Below, in pieces: positions 39,174 to 51,100 of a stretch of DNA of 64,000 bases; the stretch's first letter is position 1, and each line of letters starts with the position of its first letter. The stretch spans positions 11,222,001 through 11,286,000 of the forward strand of contig OZ059898.1 of NCBI GenBank assembly GCA_964057225.1, written 5' to 3'. The position numbers and the translations under genes are program-made. The DNA comes from Auanema rhodensis. Lineage: Eukaryota > Animalia > Nematoda. The notes below the pieces were generated by a model. That model worked only from the letters and a program-made list of their open reading frames with translations, did no database searches and was not told where the DNA came from.

Positions 39174-40030
39174 TGCAAATAGCTTTAGAAAAATGTTTTG
39201 GACTTTTAATTCTCACTTATTATATACCATGCTTACTATAATTAACTATTCTATAATATATCTTAACACTTATTGTATAGTACACAGAAAGTTCAGTTTA
39301 TAAATTTGTAAAACCATATATTAATTTATTATTTATTATATTTTTACAGGTTGTATATTTCATTCTCCTATTTTAAACTTGTTTATTAAGTTAATTCAAT
39401 ATTATGTAGATTTTATAATATAACGACGTACATAAGATATTCTTTTCAAATTTTAATTCAGACACTAAAACCAACTCTAACATCATAGAAAGAACATTTC
39501 TGGTAATATAAAGTAGTATTTATGTGCGTTCAATGACAATCTTGTAGCTTCATTGATATCACTGTATCTTGCGTTCTGTAGAACGAAAGAGTAAGTGTTC
39601 TTCGAGAAGAGACCAGATATAATAGAATATTGTACTTTTGAAATCATAACATTTAAAGTTTGTTTAATCATTCAATCAGCATTATTTCATTGAATAGCAG
39701 AAAATTGAAGCTTGTTATATAAATATTTGGTTGTATTATTTTCATTGGTACATACATGTATGCTAATTTGAATATGTCGATTTCTATTCAAATAAGAATA
39801 AATCAACTTGAAATAAATAAAAAAAATAAAAAATTATTAAATAATCTTTATTATATTAAAATATTTTATAATTTTAAACAATATAATACATTAAAATATA
39901 AATTAAAACTTTTCTTTTATAAAATTATGTTCATTTCTTGTAATTTCCAAATCATGAACAGCCGATTTTTGTTTTTGAAATTTTTAAAATTTCACGTAAA
40001 CGTGGTTTATGTCGTCTGAGCGTCAAGGGG

Positions 40031-40065
40031 TATATAAGCAAATTGTTTTCAGTTGACAGTCATTC
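40031..40065 (+). promoter_or_regulatory. TATA box plus initiator-like element
   Basis: TATATAAG at 40031 and TCATTC with its A at 40062 (31 nt downstream). GT-AG-bounded exon-like blocks follow. Confidence 0.5.
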
Positions 40066-40459
40066 GTCCGACTGTAGCCGTCCGAATAGGTCGACAGCTC
40101 CTGGGCTTTTCAGACTCTGAAGTCTTTTGCCAGCTCTGAAGTACTGCGTGGAAAACAAAAGGTAATTTCTTATTTAGCTAAAACATTTGATATATAAGCT
40201 TGTTCAATCAATTTTTAATCTTGAAATTTACAGAACTTGGAAATGTCTAACATGCTACGCGTCTTCAGCTCTTTTCCGCCACGGATTGCCTGGACCACGG
40301 ACTTTCCGAACTACGTATATCCTGAACCATGGACCTTCTCTCTCTTCGTATTTCTGATTACTAGGTAAGAATTTGAAATAATAATCTATTGGTAATCTTG
40401 AAATTTATAGAACTTGGCAATGTCTATCACGTCATGGTTCATTGGCTACCTCCAACCAC

Positions 40460-41400
40460 GGATCTTTTCCTTGGCTTCTCCTCGGCTCTTCGGTTTTTCC
40501 AGGTCCCTTCGGCTGCTCGGTTCTTACTTGGTTATTCCTCGGTTCTTCCTCGGCTTTTCGGTTTCACCTCAACTCTTCAACTTCTGCTCGGTTCCTGGTT
40601 GGTTCCTGCTCGGTTCTTCCTCGACTCTTCGGTTCCTTCATGGTTCTTTGAGTTTTGTGTTCGTCCTCGACTCCTCGGCTCTTCCTAGACTCATTGGCTC
40701 CTCCTCAGTGTTTCCTCGGCTCTTCCATTTCTCCTCGATTCTTCTGTTTCTCCTAGGTTCTTCCTCGGCTCTTCGGTTTCTCCTCGACTCTTCGACTCCT
40801 GCTCGGTTCCTGCTTGGTTCCTGCTCGGTTCTTCCTCACCTCTTCGGTTTCTCCTCGACACTTCGACTCCTGCTCGATTCTTCGGTTCCTCCTAGGTTCT
40901 TCCTCGGCTTTTTGGTTTCTCCTTGACTCTTCTGTTCCTCCTAGGTTCTTCCTCGGCTCTTCGGTTTCTCTTCGCCTCCTGCTCGGTTCCTGCTTGGTTC
41001 CTGCTCGGTTCTTCCTCGCCTTTTCGGTTTCTCCTCGACTCTTCGACTCCTGCTCGATTCTTCGGTTCCTTCTAGGTTCTTCCTCGGCTCTTCGGTTTCT
41101 CCTTGACTCTTCTGTTCCTCCTAGGTTCTTCCTCGGCTCTTCGGTTTCTCCTCGACTCTTCGACTCCTGCTCGGTTCCTGCTTGGTTCCTGCTCCGTTCT
41201 TCCTCGACTCTTCGTTTTTTCCTCGACTGATTCTTTCTTGGGTCTTGTGTTCCTCCTAGTCTCCTCGATTTTTGCTCGGATTCTTCTCGACTCTTCGGCT
41301 TTCGGTTTCTGCTCGGTTCTTCGGTACCTGCTCGGTTCTTCGTTCTTCTGTTCATCCTCAGTTCCTTTTCGGGTCTTTTTCAGTTTTTTCTCGGCTTATC
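40460..41400. repeat. C/T-rich degenerate minisatellite with a 180-bp higher-order repeat
   Basis: Built from 8-11 nt CTCGGTTC/CTCGACTC-type subunits and strongly A-depleted on the + strand. 40801-40980 and 40981-41160 are near-identical 180-bp units. Confidence 0.9.
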
Positions 41401-41549
41401 ATTTTAAAGCATAAAGCATAAAAATATGATATATGGATAATAAAAACATTGTTGAAAATCAAATTATATTGCAAATCGCAATATTCTTCCCAAAAATCAT
41501 AAACAGTTTAATTGAATATTATCTATTGATACTATAATTTATATAATTG

Positions 41550-41657
41550 ATTAACTTACAAATGTGCAAGTCACCAATTATATTAAGAAAATTAGCATAA
41601 TCACAAGATGAGATTCCATAATAGAAACAACCTGCTACGTAATAGAACATCTCAATC
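41550..41657 (-). pseudogene. srt remnant: exon 4 fused directly to an exon 1 fragment
   Basis: ttaacttacaaatgtgcaa...gagattccataatagaaacaacctgcta (compare 38674-38760) is joined to cgtaatagaacatctcaatc (compare 39152-39171). Confidence 0.8.
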
Positions 41658-41990
41658 TTTCTTCATGTTGGAGGATGTATTGATATTCTTAAAGAAGTTG
41701 CTATAAACCTAGAAGTGCAGATGAATAAAACATTTTTAAAGCAATTTTAGTATATAATGATTGATTAATAGCGTTATGACTTTAATTAAACTGAAAAAAA
41801 CTAAAATCTATTAACAACTGATATTCATTGTCTACAAACACAAGATACGTATCATCAATAGGCGAGAAAAAACAAAATTTTGAAGAGATATTTTTAGATC
41901 TTCAACTGAGAACACAATGTATATTTCTATTGCATAATTAATTATACAATAAAACAATTTAGAAGAAAATATTTAAAGAAATTTTTAATT

Positions 41991-43980
41991 CTATGCTAAA
42001 ATTCCAATTGGTTCATCTTCGATACCGCAAGCATTAACTCCACGTCTAAATTTCACATATCCATGCTGGTCTCCTCCCCAAGTATCACCCCAAGAATTTT
42101 TAACAATCCAGTATGGTTCATATTTTTCGGACTCTCCGTAACCAACGATGAGAAGAGCATGAAGCCCAATTACCTGAGATATTGAGTTAAACGAGTGAAT
42201 AAAACGAAAAAAGCACTTATACCTTGTTTTTGCAGTCGTCTTCATTTGGAGAAAAGACTCCGCCCTTATAACTTCTCATGTCTTGGGTAACCGAAATACC
42301 AATGTTAACTGGACCAAAGTTAACTAACCAGTCCATTATAGACTTCTCATCAGGATGAAGGAAATAGGCAGCCTAAATATCAAGTTTCATGTTTAAAAAA
42401 TAAGAGAGAACTTACTTCTATCTTAGTAACATTGTTACCGACATGACATCCATTCTGACGATGAGCTACGTATGGAAGATCAACAGCGTAAGCAAGACCA
42501 TTACGATGGATGTATCTGAAAATTAGATTATACTCAAATTGAATTTGAAAATCACAATCTACCTGAAAGCCTTATCTTCGTCTCCGCCATCACAAGCATT
42601 ATCTTCCAAGTCACAATCCAGAAGTGTCTGCTCAGAAAGGTTACGCTTCTCTCCATGAGCAATAGCGAAAGCTGCTTCTACGGTTGCTGTCGCAGCGAAA
42701 GCCCAGCATGATCCGCATTGTCCTAGAAAATATTCAATGATGTTTATAAAAGTACCTACAAGAAAAAAGTACCTTGAGCTTTGACAGGGGTGATAACATT
42801 CTTATCTCTCCAATCGAAATGGTCAGGAAGTGGTGCAGACCTTTCTCTAGTGGGAGGGTCAGAGCGAATAAAATCAGCTTCTTTGCGAAGTTTTTTGTAG
42901 AAATGTTTTGGAAGAAGAGTCTGAATACAAATTCTCATATACAATAAAATTCTCATTTAAAGTAATGGAATGGAAAAGCGAACCTTAGCGAATTCTTCGT
43001 CAGACCAGTCAGAAAACTCATTTTCTCCGTAAACTGCTCCATTTTTCTTTTCCTTGTTAAGCTGATCAACATCTATATGATAAGGTTATGTCTCTAAGAT
43101 TGAAAATATTAAATTCACATTTCATTGTCTTTTCATAATTTCGGAACCTATCCATTGAACGGTTGTCATTATCCTCACGTGAATATCTAAATTTAAAAAA
43201 TAACTAAGGTTTTTTGTATAAATCATGCGAACAGATGATTACAAGATAATAATATATTGAAAATTGATATAAAAACTCACTTTGACATAAAAGCAATGTA
43301 TCTGTCAACATATGGGAGGGAATCAGTGTCAATTTCTGGGTTATTAACATTAGATACGGAATCAATCTCTTCAACTTCTAACTGTCTTTTTCTAATATCC
43401 CTAAAATATTTATTTGTTATTATAATAAATATGGTTACGTTTTCTTATTTTTCTGTTTCTTGTTTTTAATCTTATGAATTGCTTTTTTTACTCGGCTTGG
43501 TCAGTTGAACATGATATACACAATTATATTTTCTTATCTTTCATTGAATCTGATAACGAATTTGAGAACTGATAACTAAAAAGTAGCGAAACGTTTAAGA
43601 AATTCTGTTTTGCCACCGACCAAAGCCCAAAGATTTTTTTTACACTGAAAAAAATTATAAAAAAACTCACGAATATTTGGCATAGACGAAGAAACTAAGA
43701 GAAACACAGAGAACAACAAGTAAAGGAGTGAAAGAAAAACGTCTGAAACATTAGTATTAATAAATTAAACCTTTTTTTAAAAAGTATACATTTTTCTCTT
43801 AGGTTTCTGCTCCTGAGGTTGTTCTACAGAATTCTCAATGAGAAAGACTGTGTCCTTGGGCTGTTGTGCCCTGCAATATAAGCTAATTAGTGGGAAAAAA
43901 TAAGTTTGAGTTAGGTTTCCAAACAAAAAAAAGATTTGAAAAGGAAAAACTTATGTTGAAACATACCTAATTGCAACCAT
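41991..43980 (-). CDS. Papain-family (cathepsin L/F-like) cysteine protease with N-terminal signal-anchor
   Basis: N-terminal TM ([18 protein letters not shown]) and prodomain [14 protein letters not shown]. Mature domain [39 protein letters not shown] and [13 protein letters not shown]. Confidence 0.95.
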
Positions 43981-44414
43981 TCTGTGCTATGAGACTGCAC
44001 AGGTTGACAATCAATAGATGAAATATTTAAAATCTTATCAGGAAAGTCGAAAAGAGAGCTGAGGAAGGGGTGGTGTTAGAGTCTAGAGGGACAAGTATTC
44101 AAACTTCACCCTCTGCGCCTCTGATTCTTCCACATTTCTTATCAAAAGATAAACGCAAAGTTCTGTATAATATTTCCCAGCTACAGCACGAGCAAGCAGC
44201 ATTATCTTTTTCAATTTGGTATCTACGTTTTTTCCATTATGAAGTAGAAGTAAAATGTATAAAAATAAATAAATTTTATTAAAGCTCTGTGACACTCTAA
44301 GAGTATCAAATACAAATTTATGTACAGTAATTATATAAATTATATATATATTGTATATAGTAATATAAGTATTGAGATCATAAACCGGAGTAAGGCACTT
44401 CCAGGAAACTGTGA

Positions 44415-44473
44415 GTGAGAGAGAGAGAGAGAAAGAGAGGGAGAGAGAAAAAGAGAGAGAGAGAATGAGAGAA
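44415..44473. repeat. Imperfect (GA)n microsatellite
   Basis: GA-dinucleotide-rich tract. Confidence 0.85.
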
Positions 44474-44753
44474 AGATTTTCTGGGTGTATTAGAAATAGT
44501 AAAAATTTTTTAAAGACGTTATACCCGTGTAATAAAACCAAAAATTTCAAATTCCTATGCGAATATAAGGATGTTTGTACAAGTATATGACAGCATAAAG
44601 TTAGCCTCAAAATTTGCTATGAAATTCTGAGACGAGCCACTTCTGATCCAGAAGTGAAATCACATATTAAGGGATGGTTAGTTTTCTGAGCGTTTCGAAA
44701 ACCTTACAAGTTGTCATTGCATAGTTAGATGGGGTGAGGAGAAATTTAGACAA

Positions 44754-46990
44754 TTAGGCATAGGAATCTGTCAATTTGGTTGACTTTTCAGATACACGAA
44801 CAGGGCATTTTTTGGATAAAGTACAACGAAGTAAGATAATAATGAAAAAAATAAGAGTGATACACAGAGCAATAAATACATATTCCCATTGGAAAAATGC
44901 AGAGATATGGGGCTTTTCAACTTGCACGTGAGTTTCACTAACAGCTTCACGTCCTAAGAGATCGTAGTTGATAACACGAATAACATATTCGCAGTTATCG
45001 CCTTCCAATTGAACTTGATTCTGTGTGCTTGCTGAGTTGGTATAGATGCTTTGTGGTTCGGTTTGGCATCCAGAGTTTTGGCTGGAGCTGAAGTATTCGA
45101 TCTGGTAGATGAGCACATTGTCAATATTAGAAGATGGTTTCCAGGAGATCAAAGCTGATCCGTTACTACGAACATCAACACGAAGATCGGAAACAGATTC
45201 TGGAGCTAAAAATAAAAAAATTAGAAATCAGTATCATATATTTAATCTCTTACCACAATTAAGGCTGCCTTTGCCGTGTACCTTGGAACATTCGAAAGAT
45301 CGGAATTTCGCGGTTAATGGACGGCTCGCTACTGGCTCTTGTCCATCACGAGTTAATGGCAAAGCAGACACAGATACACTGTATTGACTGTCGAACTCCA
45401 AGTGAGTTATGAGAATGGATACAGAGGTATCAAGGACAATTTCCTGACTCAGTTGATGAGTGCTGTTGGCATACTCAAGACGATGACGACAGCTATCGTA
45501 AGAGGTACGTGGCCAGTGAAGATTAGCAGCAACACCTTGCTCAGAGTTGTATCCATTCTTCACAGTTAATGGTCCTCCTGAAAAAATTATTAATAAAATA
45601 AGATCAAATTAGACATTATGGGTACTTACCAGGAGATTTGATAGCTGGTGAAGCACTGATTTCAGCCCATTGGCTAGTTACTGTTTCTCCTAGACGACCA
45701 TTGGACCCAACAACAGTTATCATGAAGCGGTATTGAACACCGGGAATTAGTCCTTCAACAGCAAATTTGGTTTTGGATTCAATTGAAGCTGTTATCCATT
45801 GGCTTTCATCGTAGAATCCCATAGCATAAGTACGTTGTTTCCATTGAACAATATAACGTACGGCTCCACTTGGTCGAATTAATCTAAGACCAATAAGTCC
45901 TGTAAAGTGAATTTATGAAGAATGGAAGCTAAAAAATAGGACAATTACCTTCGGCGGAGTCTTCGATTTCGTCATTTACAGAAGGATTCTGGCAGAGAAG
46001 TTCAACAGATTGAATTGGAGATGTTCCAACTTTAGCTGAATCAGCGGAGCTTTCAGTCCAAAATTTAGATCCTTCAAGCATAGCAGATTTGGTGGATCGA
46101 GTAACTTTTTTGTGTGAACGACGATGTTGTTGACAACCGTATTCGCACATTTTTCCTTCATCTGATTGAATCTCGATGTATTCTTCGATAGTTCCATCCA
46201 AAAGTAGTCGCCTAGATGCTACTCCATACTGAAAACAAGACTATTAGTAATTGATACTTTACATGATATATATAAGATATTATGAATTATTAGTTTAATA
46301 ATGAAATAAATATTCAAAGAATGTTGTCATTCTATGTCGGTGAGCAGATGCTAAAACGCTAGTTTAGTTAGCGAACTGCTCAGATGAACATCAACAAATG
46401 CCATATTTGGATTTGAAAAGTGCCGAAGTAAACAGAAATTCGACACCTATAGGAAGGCCTATGTTCATTTTTCTTTCAAATAACCTTGGCCACTCTTGTT
46501 ATGAGCTTAATCCCTTCATTAGCCTTCACAGCATATGGAGAGATCAAAACATAGCACAGGGTTAGCTTAAACCGAGAGATATCCGACGGTAGTCTGCTGC
46601 TAGCAGATATAAGCCTGTCCGCTTCGTTAACCGGTTGCACAGAGCTACTCTAAGCGGAAAGCAAATGGTCAGATGCCTAATCAGCAGTCAGTTGTCCTCT
46701 TAGAGCTAATCTGACTCGATTTTTCACATACTTATAAATGACACGGTTGCTCGTTAGCTATTTAGAGCTAATCAACAAGAAAATATTTGAAGAATTCATC
46801 AAAAACGAAATTTGGAAAATAAGTGTTACAAGAACTAAAGTCTCAATTAAAAATAACAAACCTTTTCAGCACATTTGGCTTGACATTGTGCCAAACGGAA
46901 GTAGTGAGCATAATCAATCTGGATATAAGGAAGTACAGTGAAAGACAATGTGGCAATTGGTAAGAAGGCAAACACCAGTAGATTCACCAT
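44754..46990 (-). CDS. Type I membrane protein with a Cys-rich N-terminus and about three FN3 domains
   Basis: Signal peptide MVNLLVFAFLPIATLS. Cys-rich segment LAQCQAKC...CEYGC. FN3 signatures VEGLIPGVQYRFMITVV, ITHLEFDSQYSVSVSA and LISWKP...YQIEY. TM YVFIALCITLIFFIIILL and a short tail ending TDSYA*. Confidence 0.85.
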
Positions 46991-48070
46991 GTTCTGCAAA
47001 TAACAAAATTATAATAAACTATATGTACATAGAGAACAATTAGTACAAAAGAAGTTATTGACAATAAGAAAATAAATATTGTAATGAAATTGTACGGAAA
47101 AAATACTCAACGTTAATATAATTTAGAATATATTATAAAATAAAGAATAGTGAATATGTATATATATATAGAAAAGTAATTAAAGAGTAATTCATGGATG
47201 AAAAGTAGAAGACGAAGAATGAACGCTTACACAACAGCGTCGGAATCTGAGTCTTAAAGTCTCAAGTAGTAATAGATAGATTACTTTAGGAGTTGTGGCT
47301 TTGAGGTCTTATGCTTTAAAATAGAAAGAAAAAGTTAGAATTATCAAATTATTTCGGAAACAATGAATTCAGAAGTTGATGTCTAGAACATCGATGACCA
47401 TGCACATGTGTGATACTTGAAACGCGAGCATTCACGATGAAGAACACAAAAGCTTTCAGAAATACAAAGCTTCTCAGATCAAGAAACAGAAAGAAACAAG
47501 AGACATAAGAGAGCAGCAGGGATTCTAGAAAGTAAATGGAAGAACACAAGTTCTCCCACCATCTAAGGGCATCTCTCTTCATGAATGTTTAAGAACTTAA
47601 TTGATCAAACCATTAATAGAGCCCGACTACACTTTTCAATATTTGAACAGAAGTAGAGTGAGAACAGATGTTGGAAGAATGAAATTATAAATGAGCACAG
47701 AATTGAAATAAGATTTAGATGAGCAAGTGTGAAAGTGTTAAGATTTTTGATAATGATAAGAAAAAATAAAATGTGAACTTGATAACTTGAAAGATCAAAC
47801 GACAAAATATATGAATAAAAGTTTATGAACAAGCTTCAAAGTAATAGTAAGTGGTTCAGGTGGTTGAGCCTAATATTAATAGGAATAGTAGTAATAGATG
47901 TAGTAGTAGAATAGCTGTATGGAATAATTTGAGATGTGAACTGAAGAAGAAGATTCGTTTTAGTTTTCTCCTTGCACTATCTGTACAATTGAGTTCATTC
48001 GTCTTCAAAAGTCAGAATGGAGCTCAGTTGACATGGACAAACATATCCATATACTGAAGACAATGGTCCA

Positions 48071-48122
48071 CCACGAGGTGGGCGGAGAACTGCCTGCACC
48101 CTGACCACGGACAGGGGCGGAG
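48071..48122. promoter_or_regulatory. Duplicated CCACG...GGGCGGAG (GC-box) element
   Basis: ccacgaggtgggcggag and ccacggacaggggcggag in tandem, about 1.1 kb upstream of the FN3 gene ATG. Confidence 0.4.
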
Positions 48123-51100
48123 CTAGAACAGACAACAATGAAGATGAGACTGCTGTTGTCAAAGATGATGATGATAGTTGGGATGAGCTAATATACAGAT
48201 GACCAGTAGGTCGTTGATATCACACATTAGGTGACGATAAATTAGGCAAATCATACAGAATAGATGTTAAAATGAATTCGGTTATTGTGTTTTTATAGTC
48301 TAGATCATGTTCACGCCTTCAATAGATAGCCAATGGCTAGGTGAATTACATGTCAAGTCATAGTATGTTTAGAGCAGTAGTGGAGGGAACGAACGTGTGA
48401 ACATGAAAAGTGCCAGAGGTTGACCCAAGCTGGTGGATTATCAGTTTTCGTGAATAGATGACGTGAAAATGACTGTAAGAGTGAATGACCCCAGTTATTG
48501 CAACTCGGATTTGAGCCTGCGGAAAACAGCTTGACTTCCTTGCTTAGCACTTAGTTCGAGGCATTTTTCCGCAAAATCAAATAACGTTTATCAGTAAAAA
48601 GAAGCAGATATAAGACAAGTGTAAAGCTGTTAATGAAGTTTCAAAAACGTACTTAAGAAGAAACTTTGCGGACAGCCTTTCATGTGAGATCGTACAGCAA
48701 ATGTAAAAAATAGGAAGAAGGTCAGTAAATCAACATTGGAAATGAAACAACTTGGAAATGAAAGGTGATTACAATTAAGTCAAGAAATCCGTGCTAGAAA
48801 TCATAGAATAAACAATAAACAATATGGTTATTATCTGTTGAATTAGAAGTTTTTTTGGTTGACTGAGGGAGCAAACGATGAAAGAAGCCATTCAATAGCA
48901 AAAAGAAAAAAATATTTTTCAATAAAATATGTAATATAAAGTCAATTATATGAATAGCTAACTGTAAGATTATAAAATGACGTAATAAAGAAATAAAACG
49001 ATGTGGTTATATTGCCAGAATGCTGTTATTCACGGCAGGAGGTCAAGAAGAATCTAAGTAAAAAAAGCGAAGATAGAAGGTAAGCCTTATCTCATCCTCT
49101 TATCTGTGTTTTGAGTCTGTTATTCGCGTATAACTAATAGCAATGGTCTAAACAGCTGAAGTACAACAAAAGCATCTTAGAAGTTAATAGGAAATTATAT
49201 GAAAAAAAAAGTGAAATTGATGCAGAAAACGCAAAATATAGCTGGAGGCTATAGTAAGTAGAAGCGAATTAACAGCTGGCTATAGCTTTAATCATTTTTC
49301 AATTTCTTCAGATGTTTCATTCACATAATCTAACTTAGAGATCAGATAAATATTTTAAAAAAGAGTGAAGAAATGGGAATGATGAGTGTGATAATGGGTA
49401 ACAAAGTGTTGCAAGACAATTAAATTAATTTGTAAAAATGTAATTGATTTAATGGACAAATGTTGAATTTATAGCTTTTTTTGGGTCAAAGAAGAAACTT
49501 CAAATAAATAAATATAAAATGTTTTTTAAAATTCATCAACAATAAGAAAAAACGATCTGGAAGACATGCTCTACAGCTTAGATATGTGTATGTTCATGAA
49601 AAGCTTATTAACTATGACTTGGTAGATAGCAGCGAACAACAGAGAGTTCCAATTGAAATTATAAATAAACATCTAAGTATGAATATATGAGAATCCAAAC
49701 ATGAAGTTCTAAAATAATCTGCTATATCTTACTAAAAGCTTCTCCCAATCAATGAATTAGACTAGAAGAAAGGGAATGAGTTTGGTTTGGGGTCTTAAAA
49801 AGCCGGAAGAGTTTTCATGGAGGTGGAGGAGAGAAGATATAGAGAAGGAGGTAGAAGAAGAAAAACGAAAAGAAGACTAAGATGTGTAGTTGATTAAGTA
49901 TTGGAAGAGCGATAGAGCGAAGGAAAAAATGATTAGATTTCATTAAATTCAATTAAAAGTATTGAAAAAAGAAAAAAATAGAAAGAATATAATCAAACCA
50001 AATAATACTATACTATTTTAAATTCACATACATATTACAATTCATAAGTCGGATGAGAAGGTCAAAGGAAAAACTACAATTTTTTTGTGAAAAAAAATAA
50101 AAAAGATGATATAAAGAGAAAGATATTGATTGAGTGTAGTATGTTGAAAATGTTTTTGATTACAGGACCAAAAAACATAAAAAACCAAAAGAAAACATTG
50201 TATAATTAGTTAGATCATTCGAATATAATGCTAGAATTTTTACCAAAATTTGAATGAAAATATGTGACAGTACGAGGATAACGGCTCAAAGAATTGATGC
50301 CTTCCGTTACCACATGAATACAAGACGTTTCAGATGATGAGAAAAAGAGAGAAGAAGAAGAGCCGACCATCTAGAGACATCACTCGAATATGAACTGATC
50401 AGATGCTATGAATGACGTATGGTCGAATGGATGATGAGATGAAAGATGGATGGACTGTCATGAAAAAATCGGAGAGTTGAGCCTATAACCTCTAGTACCA
50501 TTGGGCCCACCGTTGAGCCGGAAGGTATGCGGTCAGCCTTTACAACTGCTACCGGTCTAATTGAGCTATTACCGCTGGTAATACCGTACGAGCTGAAGCT
50601 TTGTGAAGTGGCCAGGTGACCGATTAGCCTGATGAAATGTCGGGAATCACGATGATGGTTATAATGATAGTGGAAAATTATGTGAAGTAAACCGAAAAAA
50701 CATAATTTTGTTGATTTAGGGTAGGGGAAAAGTAGTAAATGAAAGTAGTTAAAGGAAGAATACTATGAAAACCTGAAAGTTCTTATAGATTAATATTTCG
50801 ATGGAAAATACTTTCATGAATCAAAAGAATAGAATTAAAGATAAAGAGCTCTTTGGTTGTATGTGAAGTAGTATCATCTTGAGAACGTCTGATGGTCTTA
50901 AAACTAAATGAATCGACGCTTGAATTATTAATCAGAAGAGAAAGCTAGAAAGGTTGCTTCCTCAACTGAATATAGATGAAAAAAAGCTTGAAGGGAATGA
51001 AGATGAAAAAAAAATGTAGTATTTGAAGCATTTGAAACACTGTTTTAGTACAGACAGCAATAAGAACTCGAATCAAAAAAGAATAAATATGATGGGTGGC

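Noticed and set aside
40389-41414. Multiple overlapping 100-200 aa ORFs on both strands
   Set aside because: A-depletion on + (T-depletion on -) suppresses stop codons in all frames, so ORF length is not evidence of coding.
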